DNA from: Callorhinchus milii
Lineage: Eukaryota
Direction of reading: 5' to 3'
Assembly: GCF_018977255.1 (NCBI RefSeq)
Contig: NW_024704743.1
Location: forward strand, 99,574,001-99,638,000
DNA: 64,000 nt
This document shows positions 62,681 through 64,000 of the stretch, one piece after another. The notes below the pieces were generated by a model. That model was not told where the DNA came from. It was given only the letters and a program-made list of their open reading frames with translations, and ran no database searches. Every line of letters starts with the position of its first letter. Positions within the stretch are counted from its first letter, which is position 1. Both the position numbers and the translations under genes were made by a program.

Positions 62681-63373
62681 TGCCTACAAAATACGCATCA
62701 CTGCACTTTACAGTAAAATCCTGTGAAGTGCTTTGAGACGTCCTCCCAGTGTGAAAGGCAGTCAATCAAAAGCAAGGATTGTTAATATTATTATTTATGT
62801 AATTAAAAGTGGTTGTCATAATTGGGGAATTAAAGTGAGAACAAATGTTAATTGTTCCCTCTATTTTCCTCTGGGTTTTTAATGTCAGTTTATTGGAGAC
62901 ATATTGATCCTTGTGCAAAGCATATAAAGGAATCTAGTTTTACATGAGGTTAGGGCAGATTGTCTATAAATCAGAAATCTGTGACATATTTCCAGAATGT
63001 TCCAGCTATTTGGAACCTCAGAAATTGTACCTTGTGCTGGTGGTTTTGAATATTGAATATGAATATGCAGAACAAACAAAAGACTAAGGACAAGAGTTTG
63101 GTGTCAACAAAAAATGTTTTAAGTAATAATAATAAAATACAGAAACACCAATAAGAGAATTTATTCTGATTGCCAACAGTATGCCTGCCACCAGTGAACA
63201 GTGTAGTGTCTTTACATTTCCTAGCTCTCAACTGGTGCCTTCTCTGTCATTTGTGCCTGACTGACAGTGCATCAAACAAGTGTGAGAGGATTATTATGAA
63301 AGTGTCCCCAGAATAGAAGGGGAGGAAGAAGTGGTGGCGGTCAACAGCATTGCTTCCTCACACCTCCACTTAC

Positions 63374-63496
63374 CCTGGAATGTCCTCATCTTTCTCCTCT
63401 TCATTCTGAGAAATGAGGCCTCGTACAACCTCCTCGTTGATGCAACCCCTGATGCTGTTTGCTCTGAGCTCTTCAGGTGGAAAGGCTCCTTGAAAA
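63374..63496 (-). other. candidate spliced exon (123 nt), gene unknown
   Basis: acceptor ctactttgttgtcctcAG, donor AGG|GTAAGT, length divisible by 3, two frames without stops. Confidence 0.25.
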
Positions 63497-63659
63497 CTGA
63501 GGACAACAAAGTAGCTGTCAAAAACAAATGAGAAATATGTGGGCCAGTTTCAAAACCAATCTAAAAGTATCTTATTGGAGGCTATTATGGAAACAAGGTA
63601 CAAGTCTACAATTTAAAGCTAAATAATCATTAGTAACATAGTACCTGACTTGCCATAGC

Positions 63660-63910
63660 TCTTGCAAACTCCATGCTCTTCCTCTCCCACCAGGGGGTAC
63701 CAGGAGAGCTACGATCTCCTCCACCACTCTCAGCTCTTGTATCTGTCAGGGCCTCTAACCCCACCCCCCATCACCCCCCTCCCCCCCACACACATACACA
63801 TACATTGGCTTATGTATAGTCTTCCTCTGAGAAGACTAAGCACTCTAAGCACTCTGAGATGCTACCCAGTGTGCAAAGTGTTATATAAGTGCAAGTTGTT
63901 CTTTTTGTTG
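63660..63910 (+). mobile_element. L2 LINE 3' remnant, old (second tail type)
   Basis: aagcactctgagatgctaccc...tataagtgcaagttgtt. Confidence 0.5.
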
Positions 63911-64000
63911 CACGTACAGGCATTAATTTCTCCATTGTTTTGGTCCAATTTTTAGGACACTTGCAAGATATGGGTGTGTTTGCACATGATGCCCCAAACA

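Overview
This is repeat-dense, AT-rich, essentially non-coding vertebrate DNA (a large intron or intergenic region). I recognise no host protein-coding gene, rRNA, bona fide tRNA gene or CRISPR array. The repeat content points to a cartilaginous fish, plausibly a holocephalan such as elephant shark (inference). It comprises: (i) a young tRNA-Ala(TGC)-like SINE in long and short forms with (ATT)n tails; (ii) an older Deu-domain SINE; (iii) many truncated L2-clade LINE copies with (TTG)n tails; (iv) decayed CR1 fragments; (v) several old palindromic MITE-like elements; (vi) an unclassified ~250-bp interspersed repeat. Nearly all ORFs in the track are LINE remnants or chance ORFs. The most notable items are a non-LTR reverse-transcriptase fragment at 27.3-28.0 kb that is unlike the resident L2/CR1 elements, a 3' stem-loop shared by SINE and L2 with compensatory changes, locally templated insertions at 30.2-32.0 kb, a head-to-head SINE pair and an 82-bp near-perfect palindrome. 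I see no evidence for a new multi-gene system. Repeat boundaries were read by eye and are approximate (about 10-20 bp); family names come from motif recognition, not database searches.
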